A stretch of DNA of 64,000 bases from Piromyces finnis finn (taxonomy: Eukaryota > Fungi > Neocallimastigomycota): positions 310,001-374,000 of the forward strand of contig MCFH01000031.1 of NCBI GenBank assembly GCA_002104945.1, given 5' to 3'. How positions within the stretch are numbered: position 1 is the stretch's first letter; each line of letters starts with the position of its first letter. The notes under the pieces are model-generated. The model made no database searches and was not told the origin of the DNA. It was given only the letters and a program-made list of their open reading frames with translations. The position numbers were made by a program, and so were the translations under genes. Of this stretch, positions 32,967 through 44,958 are shown in pieces.

Positions 32967-35900
32967 ATGGATAAAAATGAAATGGGTACATCCCCTATAA
33001 GTAATATAAGAAACAGTCATGGATCTACAATTGCAAGTAATATTTATAATCCAGAAAGTCAACTACTGAATGAAATGATAAAGGATAATAACAATAGAAA
33101 ATTATCTATTGTTTCTATAAATTCTCTTGAAGGTGAAGATTATACAGATCATGAACATGAGCGTGATATAAGTAATAATGAAGAATTTTATAATTATCCA
33201 TTTATTCAAAAAATAGACGAGTTAACTACGGAAATAAATAAAGGTTTTGCTTTTGAAAGTGAAGATGATAATGAGGATCAAAAAGCAATTATCAATGAGT
33301 TGCTATTTTTCAAAAAGAATACACATTCAAAAATTGCAGAAAGTGTTCAAAGTGAAGTAGATACACAATCTTCCCTTTTTACGGATAATGAAACTCAATC
33401 AGAATATAGTATTGATTCCGCAACTAAATTTGATACTGAACCATTAAAAAGTCGAATTTGGTATTATAAAAAAGAGTCAAATGATGATAATCATCAAGCT
33501 CATCCAAATGACGATATGCATTCATTTTCAGATGAGGATGAATCAGGTGTGGTTGATGATAGTGCTGCTGCTATTCGTCAATTGAAACTTCATCATTATG
33601 TTAGTACCAATAATTTAAGGGTAAATAAAAAAGATAACAATTCTATTATTAAAAGAAGAACAACTATTGCAAGTACCAAACTTAGATCAAGAATAAATCC
33701 TAGTAAAACATTTGATTATATCCGTGATATTAATGACATTCCATTATTTTCAAATAAAGAATTCAAAACAGAGGCTAAAGCGAATTATTATATTTCAGAT
33801 ACAACTATTGATAATTACAATACTTCAATGTTATTAAATATGACAGGAGATGCTTCTCGAAAAAGGAGAAGTCAAATCGCTTCTCAAAGGGCTCGTCCAT
33901 TTTCTCAAGTCATTATAAATGAAAATTCATCAACAATTACACCCCCACTTTCACCAAATTCAATCAAAAGATTTTCTTCTACCAATAATATCAATACCTT
34001 TTCCAATGTTAATAATATAAAACAACATCAACTCAATTCTCCAATGGATTTATCCACTCGTTTAGTTTTAAAACCAGAAAATATATATTCTACTAGTGTG
34101 GATACTAATACATCTAATCCTCATACTACTACTAATGAAACCAACGTCACCGCCTACATTAATAACCCAACTAGTGATACCACCGATAATAATACCAATC
34201 AACTTTATAAAGTTTTATTGATGGCTAAAGATCATCTTTTTTCTTTGGGAGGAAAAATTAAAAGAACTAATTCCATAAAATCTTTCTCATCAAGACGTTC
34301 TTCCATTCGTAAATATCAAAAAAAATCAAAAAGACATAGTATTCGTAGTCGTAAGCGTTCTTCCAGAAATTTGACACAAAATATTAATTTACAAGATGTT
34401 AGTGAAGATGAAATAACAAATATTTCAAGTATGAATAATGAAATAGATACACAAAAATCATATAATCAAACACTTTCCAAAAAACCCAATAATTCTAATA
34501 ATAAAAAGACCTTGCGTAAAAGATCTAGTGGTTTGTCACATTCAAGAAATAGTAGCTTGATTAGTGCAAGTACACAAAGATCAAGTCTTTACGGTAAAAA
34601 TAAAATTTATCAAAATGATTTTTCTTTAAATTATTCAGCGAGTAACGTTTCTGATAGTACTGGTCTAGATTTGGATGAAAATAAAAAATATGAAGAGTCA
34701 TTTGACTTGGACCTTCAAAATAATTCCAAAAATGATAAACTAGGAGTATACGGTGTTTGCCCTGAAAGTTTTTATGGTGAATACCATGAACCTATTGCTT
34801 CTAGTATAGATGGAAGATCCTCAATTTTTGAGGATTATGATGATGAAGAAAGTGTTGTTACTGAATCGGAAAATGGTATTGGTGTAGTTACTTCATCTTA
34901 TGCTAATGCTAGTGAAGGTTTTGAGAGTTATGATGTTCATCAAAAATTAAACGTACCACTACCTACAACTACCCCAGTTTCGCACAAATCTAAAGAATCT
35001 CAACCCATTTCAACTATTAAAAATGAAGAATTAATTAAGGACATGGATAAAAAGGTCACAGATGGTTTAAAGACCGAAGAAGACAAGGAGAAGGAAAGGA
35101 AGCCAAAGAACGATGTCAAAGGATTAGTAAAAAAGTTACCTTCATTTTCATCTATGGCTACTAATCATTCTTCAGATAGTTTAACTCCAACTATCACAAA
35201 TACTGTTGTCAATGAGCAACAAGAAAAAAGAACAGGAAAGGAAGATGAAAAGCAAGATCTAATAGATCCTACAGATGGTGGAAAATCAGAAACAGCAGCT
35301 GATCCAAGTACCCTTTCTGAATCTGTCTATGGGGATAATAAAAGTATGACCACAAGTAGTATCACACTTGCTGCTTCAAGATTAGGAGGAAATTTCGATA
35401 TCTTTAAAAGTGAAAAACGTCAAATGGATATTGAAAGTAATAGTACTTATAGTCATTTTAATGATAATGAATCCAGATTTCCACTTGAAATGGCTTCAAT
35501 GCCTGAGGGTATTCGAGAGAGTACAAGCTATCCTACTGTTAAACAAATACCTCTTCCTTACTATAGATATGGTGTATATATGTACATTATTGATCCAGTT
35601 ATTGTTCAAACTCGAACCATGATGGAAAGGATGTTTTCTGCGCACACCATATATACTATCACTGTCAAACTTTTAAGGCCAAACCTTCCAATGTATAGAA
35701 ACGATAGTATATGTACCTTTACTGTGCATAAACGTTATCGTCAGTTTAGATCATTCTACAAAGAAATTCATAAAAAATATAAGGACACTATCAATGATTG
35801 GCCAGAATTTCCAAAGAAGACTTACTTTGATCGTTTTGATTCTGATACCATAAAGAAGAGAGCTTTTGCATTTTCTTCATTAATGAGTTTTATTTCCCTA

Positions 35901-37175
35901 CATCCACTGCTTTACAACTGTCCAGTGCTATTAACATTTTTAGAACTTACTGGTTCTATGCATAATCCCCTCTCAACTGTAAGCGCTAATATTAGTCAAC
36001 GTCAACGTCAACATCCAGATGGTAGTGTTATCATTGAAAAGTCTGTTGTACCAATTAAAGGTAAAACCATTCAATTTGAGGGTAGAAATGTTGCTCCATT
36101 AATCCCAAAAATATTTGGAAGTTTAGGTAGACGTCAATATCCTCCTGGCTTTTATGGTCAATTTCAACCTCCACAAACTACAACAGATGCAAGTTCCAGC
36201 AACGCTAGTACTATCAGTTCTTCAAGCAATACTAATATTATGATCAACAGAAGATCCATGTACGAAACGCCATATTATAATCAAGATTTCTATTCTAGTT
36301 TTGGTAAACCTCAACTTTCAAAGATAAGAACAACTGAATTTTTAAGAAATAGAAATTCCCTTTATTCCAACATGTCCATAAATGAAATAGAACGTTATAA
36401 GATTATTCCGGGTTATGAACGTGATCTAGAAGCATCCTCATCTAAATCTAATAATACTCAAACTACACCAAAAATAGCACCTGTAAAACCTCAAAAGAGT
36501 CATAGTACTACTGCTGTAAAACCACCCTTAGCAACCGTTACTTCTTCCTCTAGTCAGTCTAATATTATTATTAATTCAAAAAATTCCAATAAGATTCAAA
36601 AATCATTATCCACCACCACATTGGAACAAAAAAATATTTCTCCTTCATCGTCTATTAATTCTACTCCAAAATTAAATCATACCATGACTACTACAGATGT
36701 CCAGAAAGAAACAACGGTACAAGAAATAATCACAACCACCGCAGATATTACCACTACTACCACCATCAATTTAGAAAATAAGCCTTCCCCATTTTCTTCC
36801 CTAAATATAAAATTAACCACTTCACCTTCCTCTATAGTTATACCAAATCAGATGGATGGTCAAACTACCACCCCTACTACAGAGAATATTGAACATACCA
36901 AAGTTAATTCTACGGATAAAGTTTCATCTAATAAACAGGGAAGTCATACCTCTACAAATTCAAACCCTTCTAATCCTCCTCCTGTTATCCCAAGACCAAG
37001 ACCACGTCCTCGTCCATCAAGGAATTATTCTGCTATGGAAGAATTAGATTGTCGTCCATTATCTCGTTATACACATTATCAGCAAATGAATGAAATACCC
37101 GGATTCCAACATCTTATTTCCGAATTTCCAAAACTTCGTTCCCATCAAAATAAACGTTATTCAAGTATCTTTTAA
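32967..37175 (+). CDS. PX (phox homology) domain protein with long Ser/Thr-rich disordered flanks, 1402 aa
   Basis: Single long ORF. PX-like segment at about 35570-35950: HTIYTITV...VHKRYRQFRSFYKEIHKKY....WPEFPKKTYFDRFDSDTIKKRAFAF..LM..I..HP.L.NCP.L.TFL. Confidence 0.85.
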   Translation: MDKNEMGTSPISNIRNSHGSTIASNIYNPESQLLNEMIKDNNNRKLSIVSINSLEGEDYTDHEHERDISNNEEFYNYPFIQKIDELTTEINKGFAFESEDDNEDQKAIINELLFFKKNTHSKIAESVQSEVDTQSSLFTDNETQSEYSIDSATKFDTEPLKSRIWYYKKESNDDNHQAHPNDDMHSFSDEDESGVVDDSAAAIRQLKLHHYVSTNNLRVNKKDNNSIIKRRTTIASTKLRSRINPSKTFDYIRDINDIPLFSNKEFKTEAKANYYISDTTIDNYNTSMLLNMTGDASRKRRSQIASQRARPFSQVIINENSSTITPPLSPNSIKRFSSTNNINTFSNVNNIKQHQLNSPMDLSTRLVLKPENIYSTSVDTNTSNPHTTTNETNVTAYINNPTSDTTDNNTNQLYKVLLMAKDHLFSLGGKIKRTNSIKSFSSRRSSIRKYQKKSKRHSIRSRKRSSRNLTQNINLQDVSEDEITNISSMNNEIDTQKSYNQTLSKKPNNSNNKKTLRKRSSGLSHSRNSSLISASTQRSSLYGKNKIYQNDFSLNYSASNVSDSTGLDLDENKKYEESFDLDLQNNSKNDKLGVYGVCPESFYGEYHEPIASSIDGRSSIFEDYDDEESVVTESENGIGVVTSSYANASEGFESYDVHQKLNVPLPTTTPVSHKSKESQPISTIKNEELIKDMDKKVTDGLKTEEDKEKERKPKNDVKGLVKKLPSFSSMATNHSSDSLTPTITNTVVNEQQEKRTGKEDEKQDLIDPTDGGKSETAADPSTLSESVYGDNKSMTTSSITLAASRLGGNFDIFKSEKRQMDIESNSTYSHFNDNESRFPLEMASMPEGIRESTSYPTVKQIPLPYYRYGVYMYIIDPVIVQTRTMMERMFSAHTIYTITVKLLRPNLPMYRNDSICTFTVHKRYRQFRSFYKEIHKKYKDTINDWPEFPKKTYFDRFDSDTIKKRAFAFSSLMSFISLHPLLYNCPVLLTFLELTGSMHNPLSTVSANISQRQRQHPDGSVIIEKSVVPIKGKTIQFEGRNVAPLIPKIFGSLGRRQYPPGFYGQFQPPQTTTDASSSNASTISSSSNTNIMINRRSMYETPYYNQDFYSSFGKPQLSKIRTTEFLRNRNSLYSNMSINEIERYKIIPGYERDLEASSSKSNNTQTTPKIAPVKPQKSHSTTAVKPPLATVTSSSSQSNIIINSKNSNKIQKSLSTTTLEQKNISPSSSINSTPKLNHTMTTTDVQKETTVQEIITTTADITTTTTINLENKPSPFSSLNIKLTTSPSSIVIPNQMDGQTTTPTTENIEHTKVNSTDKVSSNKQGSHTSTNSNPSNPPPVIPRPRPRPRPSRNYSAMEELDCRPLSRYTHYQQMNEIPGFQHLISEFPKLRSHQNKRYSSIF

Positions 37176-37911
37176 AAAGAAAAAGAAATATATATATATA
37201 TATATATATAGTTTAAAATACCAAATGAATTAAGATAAAAAAATTTTTTTTTATTTATTACCTTTTTATAATATCACTGTATTATAACTAAATTTATGCT
37301 TTTAGAACTGAAAAAAAAAAAGAAAAATTTATTATTATTATTATTTTAGTTTAGTTTAATATAATACTACCCTTTTTTTTTTTCTTTTTTTTTTTTTTTA
37401 ATAAAACCAACATATCAACATAATTTTTATTTTTTGTCCATTATTTTTAATAAAATAAATAATAATAATAACCAAATAATATTTAAAAGAAAAAGTAAAG
37501 AAAAATATATATATTACTAAGTTTTTTTTTTATCTATTTTATTTTTTATTTTTGAATGTTTAAAAAATAAATGTCTTTTTGTTTATTATTATTATTATTA
37601 TTATTTTATATAATACATATATTTTACATTTATTTTTAAAAACTATAAAATTATTATTATTTTCAATTAAAATTATAATAAATAATAGTAATAAAAATAA
37701 TAAAAAAGCAATTATTGATAAATAATAAATTGATGATTATTAAGGAAAAAAAAAAATAAAAAAAAAAAAGAGGGGAAAGATGATATTATAGATCTATTTA
37801 TATTGTAGGATTGATAGTAATTTATTTATTTCCTTTTTTTTTTTTTTTTTTTTTTAATTATTATTATGATATAAAAAATTATGATTATAAAGATTAATAC
37901 TAACATTATTT

Positions 37912-39358
37912 TTATTCTTTTTTATCTTCTACATTATCATCTGTTTCTTCTTCACTTGTTGAATCATCATCATCATCATTATTATCATCATCATCATCAT
38001 CATCATCTGATTCCTCTTCTTCACTTGTTGTTGATTCTTCCTCACTTTCTTCTTCATCACTGGTATTATAAACGCTACTATCACTTTTATCATCATTTTC
38101 TATTTCAATATCATCATTCATAAAAATAATATTTGATGTTGAATTTGAATCTTCTTTTTCTTCCTCCTCTTCCTCTTCGGAAGACTCTTCACATTTTGAA
38201 TTTAAATTTTCATTTATAGTAACTATTTTGAAATTATTATATAAAAAAAAAAAAGAGTTTAATTGTTTGAAATGAAAAAAATATTAAGTTTTCTTTCATC
38301 ATCATCGTCATCAACCCTTTCAATTTATATTTTTTTATGAGATATATCTACATATATATCTCAACTATGGATTAATAATATATATACTATTTCATCTCAT
38401 TTTATATTTACCTTTCTTTGTAATTTTTGTCACCTTATTAATTTTGTTTAAATTGATATTTTCTTCTTCTTCTTCAATTTTCTTTTTGGTTTCATAAATC
38501 GTTTGACTTCTAGACTTTCGTAAACTATGACTTCTCATGATGACAATACTATTGTCATCATCATCATCATATTCTCCATCTTCTTCTTCATCTTTTGCAT
38601 GACTTTCACCATATTTTCTTCCAAGTTCATCTGTCATATTATGATATTCATCGCTATCTTCGGTGTCACTATTTTCATCCATTTCATCATCTTCTTCATC
38701 ATCACTATCTTCATCACTCTTCATAATCCATAAAACAAAAGTCTTGTCCTATTTATTTATCATATATATATAAATAAAATAAAATAAAAATGATTTAAAT
38801 ATTTAAAAAATGTTATATCATAATCATAATAATATTAGAGTAAGAGTTTTTTTTTTTATTAAAACCTATATAATAAACCTATTTATCTATTTATAGTATA
38901 AAAAAAATAAAATTATAGAAAGTAAATGTACCAATTCTCTTAATTCTTCCATTTTATTCAATGCTTTAGCAAAATCTTGACTAGTACTACTAACGCTACT
39001 ACGACTACGATGTCTCTTAATAAATATATTCTTTGAAGCATTGGAAGCTTCAGTGGAAGATTTGGTATCTAAAATGCCTTCCTTTTCTAGTTTAGATTTG
39101 GATTCCACAGGTTTATAATCCATCTTATTGGTAAAATCAAAAGTATTTTTGGAATTATACCAACGAATAATAATATAAGGATCCACTAATTCTACTTCAT
39201 ATAATGTCATTAAAAATCTTAAATGTTGACGTAAACGTTGAGGATTCTTTATACATAATACCTTTTTTTTTTGTAATGATTACATATTAATTTAAAATAA
39301 AATATATAAAATATTAATAAAGATAATATAATAATTAAAATTGTAATATAATTTTTTT

Positions 39359-39401
<43 letters not shown>

Positions 39402-41319
39402 TAATATATAAAAAACAAATTATTTAATGATAAAGTACTTCTAATGCATTTAATAAGTCTAATTGATCATCAGGGGTTTCTATACAACGTAATAATAATT
39501 TTTTATATTTTTTGAAGGCCTATTTTTAAATAAATTATATATATATATGAATATTACATTTTGGAATATAATAGATTAAATAAATTAAAGTATTATTATT
39601 GTTTATTTGATTACTTACCGCTTGGATAAATTGATTATTACTAATCATATTTTTCAATTCAAAAAATCTTAAAAAGCTCTTCAGAGTAACATATATCCAA
39701 TCTTTAGGTAAAGCTTGTGGATAACGATCAACCATTTTTTCATAAACATCAACTAAAATAGAATTTGGATTTGAATCTGATATTAATTTATGAGTTATTT
39801 CATCAGTGGTTTCATTAAAGAAATCTTTTATATATAAATGAAATAATATATGATTATTAATATTAATATTATAAATTATAAAAAAATATAAATTTTAAAA
39901 ATATATAATAATTGTAAGAGTCTTTTCTTTTTTTAATATCAATTGAGATACTTTACTAATTTCAACATATTTATCTTTATCTTCTTCATATTCTAAATCT
40001 TCTTCTGCAGATTCTTTTTCTTCAGGTTTATTAAAGAGTTCATAGTAAGGTGAATCTTTTGGAATTTCATAGGTTGTATTTGTATTATTTCCTGAAATAT
40101 TATTATCTTCATTGTTATCGGAGTCACTATCATAATCAGAAGTTGCGCTTTTAATACTACTATCAATAGTAAAATCATCACTTTTACTATCGGCTTCAAA
40201 ATCAATATTACAGAGAGATGGGGAGGAATATGCTTCATAATCACTATCTTCATTAAAGTTAACACTACGAGAATCTGAATCATATTTGTAGGTACTGTTA
40301 AGATTATTGTAAAGTTGTTGAGTAGGTGAATTATTATACTTTTTACGAATGTAATCATTTTTTGCCTTTAATTTTTCTTTATAATGATTAAGATCCTCTT
40401 TAATCTTACATAATTTTCTTTCTAATTCACGATTTTTATTTTTTAAATCATCAATTTCACGTTCTTTCATATCATCTTCAAATAAAAGACGTTCTACTTT
40501 TTCAGAATGACATTTTTCTACCATAAAACGGGCTTGACGTTCTCTTTGTATTTCATTTTTTAACTCCTTTATCAATTCATTAAAAGTATCTCTTTTCCTT
40601 TTCACTGATTTTAAATGGGAATCTAAATATTTATTATGAAGTTTTAACTCCGAGATTTGACTTTGCGCTGACATATAATTTTTTTGTAATTCTCGATATC
40701 GTATAAATATAGTAATACTATCATAGACCGAATCAAGGATATGATTTACAAAATTAATAGGATTCACAATGGTACTAACAATTTCCTTTTTAATATTTAC
40801 AAAGGTATTTTTGGTTAAATCATTTGCACTATTATTAATATTTTTAATTTTAGGTGAAAAATTTTTATCTATTTTTTTTTTTTTTATTAAATCGAGTTTA
40901 AAATTAAATATGAATAAATAAAAATAAAATAAAATAAAATAAAATAAAATAAAATAAAATTTAGTATATTGTTCTAGTAAATTATAATACTATTTCCAAT
41001 TTATATATATTATATAAATAAAAATAAAAAATAGTTTAACTACCTGCTAATGAAGTTTCAGAATTGTAAGAGTAAAGAGAAGATATAGAAGAGGTAGGTG
41101 AATGTTTTTTATTGTTAGGTTCTAATAAATCATTGGATTTATATTCGAAATTATGTAGATTTCTTCTAGTAGAGCTATGTCTCTTATTCTGAGGTGTAGT
41201 TGCACCAGAACCGCTATTACCATTAGTGGTATCTGTAGTTTTAATGGTAATAGTATTTGGAGATTTTGGTTCAGGTTTTATCATATTTAATATATTTGAT
41301 AATTTATTTACTACAAACA

Positions 41320-41320
<1 letters not shown>
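37912..41320 (-). CDS. Coiled-coil protein with W2-like (eIF4G/eIF5/eIF2B-epsilon C-terminal) domain and acidic tail, ~817 aa
   Basis: Seven exons join in frame: 41320-41044, 40868-39957, 39824-39619, 39519-39439, 39261-38932, 38748-38412, 38222-37912. The intron 2 donor is the least certain. Heptad-rich segment in exon 2. The spliced AFKKYKKLLLRCIETPDDQLDLLNALEVLC...LMTLYEVELVDPYIIIRWY and KTFVLWIMKSDEDSDDEE resemble the W2 aromatic/acidic boxes. Confidence 0.7.
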
Positions 41321-41351
<31 letters not shown>

Positions 41352-43113
41352 TTAATATTTAATAAAGATAATTATTTTGACTTATTATTTATTTATTTAT
41401 TGTTATTATTAGTTTAGTTTATCCCTTTATCCAAAAATATTATTAATATATATTTATTTATTATAATTATTTTTTTATTATTATGATTACTTGTTATTAA
41501 TGTATGTTAAATAAATAAGTATTTTTCATTTTTAATATTTTAATTTTTTAACTTTTTTATCTTTTAATATTTATTATTAGTTTTTTACCAATTTTTCTTT
41601 TTCTTTTTTTTTTTTTTTTTTTTTTAAAAAAAAATAAATTATTAATTGTATATAAAAGAAAGTTTTAATAGATTATTATTATTATTATTATTACTTGTTA
41701 AAAAAAAAAACTGACATTATATTTAATTATAAAAATGAAGTTGTATATATATATATCCATTAATTATTATCTTTTTATAAAAAGTGTTATATATTGATAT
41801 GTATTGATTTTCTGCTTATTATTATTATCCTTTTATTTCTTATTTCTTGTTATTTTGCTTATATATGAAATTAAATCATGCCAAAAATAAAAAAAATGTT
41901 TAATTCAAAAATTATTCATAGCTTTTGAATTTGTTATATTAAATAAAAAATTTATAATAAATAAATTGTATAAAAAAAAGGGTAAAAAAAAAAGTTAAAA
42001 AAAAAAGAAAAAAGAAAAGAAAAAAAATAATTAATTAAAAATGCTTTTATTATTCATGTATTAATAAATTGACTATAAAATAAAATAAAATTAAGAAAAA
42101 GAAAAAAGTTATAAATTTTTTTATTTTACTTTATAAAAGTAATATCCATTAGATTTCAAAAATTTTTCAATAAATAGTAATTATAAACTTTAATTATTAA
42201 TAAAAATTAGAAGTTTAATAAAAGAATAACAAAATAATAATTAAAATAATAAAAATTATAATTATTATAATAATGATAGCTAATCAAAAATATTTTAATT
42301 CCTCTATGCATTTTAATATCTTTTGTTTTTATTAAGTCATTTTATTATTCCTAATTATATATTACTTTACTTTATAATATAAAAAATAAAAACAATTTTA
42401 ATTAATAGAAGCTTAATTATTAAAAGAAAGATATGTATGTATTAATAATAATCAATAAATAGTCAAAACCCTTATAAAAATAAGTTAATTTTGCATAATT
42501 TATGTGCTATTTAAATGTTATAGCTCCATATTTTCAACTATTTATAATTAATTTTAACTATTAAAACCCTAAATTATAATTAAGAAAATAAATCATGTTA
42601 TTTTATTGACAATTTCTTCATTTACTATTTTTATAATACAAAGCATTTTTTTTTTTTTTATAAATTCGGATTTTTTATTTTAATTTATAGATATAGATAT
42701 TTCTGATGCCTTTTCTTCGGTTAGGTTATAAAGAATTATAAAGTATTATATTATATGACACACAAAAATTATGATACAAATAGTATTTATTTACTTAATT
42801 CTTTTCTACTACACCTCACATTTCATTTATAATTTAATTAATAATGATAATTATAATTACAATAAACTTTATCCATTAAATTTTTAGAAGGCTAATTAAA
42901 TTTTTAATTAACCATAATTAAGTTTATTGGGTGTATTGTTGAAATTTTGTCTTACAAATTATAAAAAAAACAACTTCGTTTTAAAGAATATAATGTATAC
43001 ATTTTTTATTGATATACATTATTTTGAGTAATACAATAAATTTTCTGGTTAAAAATACAATGATAATTGATTTTGAAATGTCAAAATTTGAAATTTCATA
43101 ATGGTATATATAA

Positions 43114-44551
43114 TTAGATTTGATATCTTTGAACATTTAGTACATTTTTTGTATCAAAAATAACAAAACTAAATACTTTTGATTTAAAATCATTACCAAT
43201 ACTAACAGAGATGGATTGCTTTTTTGAACTATTAATATTATTATCGACCATAAATACATTTGACATGTTAACAGATTCATGAATGTGACCATGAATGGAA
43301 ATTAATGGTTTATTTTTATTAATAAAATTTTTGAATGCAATTGAACCAGCATGTTCACCCCCTTTTACTATATCTAGTGGTGTACCCTATCATAAATAAA
43401 GTTTTATTTTTGAATTATAATATAAAAAATAAATTTGAAATTTAAAATTAGCTTATTAATAACAATCAATAAATTAAATTTTATAATAATTTCATATTTT
43501 TTCTATATACTATTAATTAAAATGATTATTTTTTAAATAATTTAAAAATAATTACATATGGTGGTGCATGCATTAAACAAATTGTTTTTGAAAAAACATC
43601 AGGAGATACACTCTTTTCAAAGTTTTCTAACATTTCTTCTAAAGTGTCTTCTTGAGATAGTGATACTTGTTCATTTACTAATATCATTTTTCCTTCAATA
43701 TTTTTACTCTTTAAACCAGACAAAAGTATTCTTTTCTCTATACCATTAATAACTATATAGTGAGCCTCTTTTTTAGGACTATCAGGATGACTATTAAAAT
43801 ATTCTTTAATATCTTCAATATCATTTTTCATATCAATACTTTCCCAATCTTTATTTCTATGACTTGATAGACTAACATTTGACAATGAATAAAGATATAA
43901 TTCTTCTTTTTCTTTATTATTCTTTCCTTTTAAAGGGATTAATTTGTTATTTTCTAATAATATAATATCTATTTCTTCTTTTTTATTTTCAAAAAATTTT
44001 CTTAACCTATTTAAATTTATTTTATAATCAGCATTACCTTTATTATTTTCCATAATATATGATATATGATATTTATTAAAACATTAAAGATTAAGAGTTA
44101 ATAATAGAATTACCTTGATTGATAAATATTAACATTATTTTACTGAATTAAAAAAAAAAAAGTTTATTTTAATAATTCAAAATTATATATGTTGAAATTT
44201 CTATAAAATAAGTTGTGTTTGTTGCTATTATTTTTATTTTTATTTACCCATATTCATATATATTGGAACTGAACTTTGCTTCATTAATGGAAAAAATATA
44301 TCAGTAAACCATTCATATTGTTTATCAACAACTTTAGTAGATTCAATCTCCGTCTTTTCTTCGGGGGTTACAATTCTATTTTCTTTTTCTTCAATATTTT
44401 TTATGATGGCATCTCGCAAAATAGAGCGGCGCACGGAAATATCACCATCAATAAAAATAGCTTCAATATCCTTATTATTGATAATGAAATTTAATAATTT
44501 TTTATATTGAGTTATATTGCCATGTAAGTCAGATGTCGCTAAAATTTTCAT
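43114..44551 (-). CDS. Calcineurin-like metallophosphoesterase of the prokaryotic Icc-related (COG2129-like) type, ~352 aa
   Basis: Exons 44551-44248, 44037-43556, 43386-43114; exon 3 is not in the ORF track. The spliced protein has all five MPP motifs: SDLHG, IDGDI, MGNAD, MHAPPYGTPLD and GEHAGS...IHGHIHES. Confidence 0.88.
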
Positions 44552-44958
44552 TTTTCTTTTTTATTATTATTATTATTATAATTTTTTTAAAAAAAAAAAA
44601 TGTTTATAAATTTCACTTAAAACATTATTTTAAATATTATATAATATATAAAATATATATTATTAGTATAAACTAATAGTAAATTATTTATTTATTTGCT
44701 TATTTATTTAAATCTATATATTATTCATTTATTATATATAGAGTAAAATATATTTATGATTATTTAAATTAATTTCTTTAATAATGATAAATATTAATTT
44801 AATATTGGTCATTATTATTTAGTACAGAAAAATCCATAATATTATATTAAAAACAAAATTTTATTAGAATTAGAAAATAAAAAACAATTAATGTTAATTA
44901 TAATATAGTGTAATAGTGAAAATAAAAAATTAATGATAATTTGATTAATATAAGGTAA

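Noticed and set aside
38285-38320. Acidic-coding-like GATGACGATGATGAT patch (VDDDDDERK) within the last intron of the W2-like gene
   Set aside because: No compatible splice phase and no downstream GT donor; probably a (GAT)n micro-repeat.
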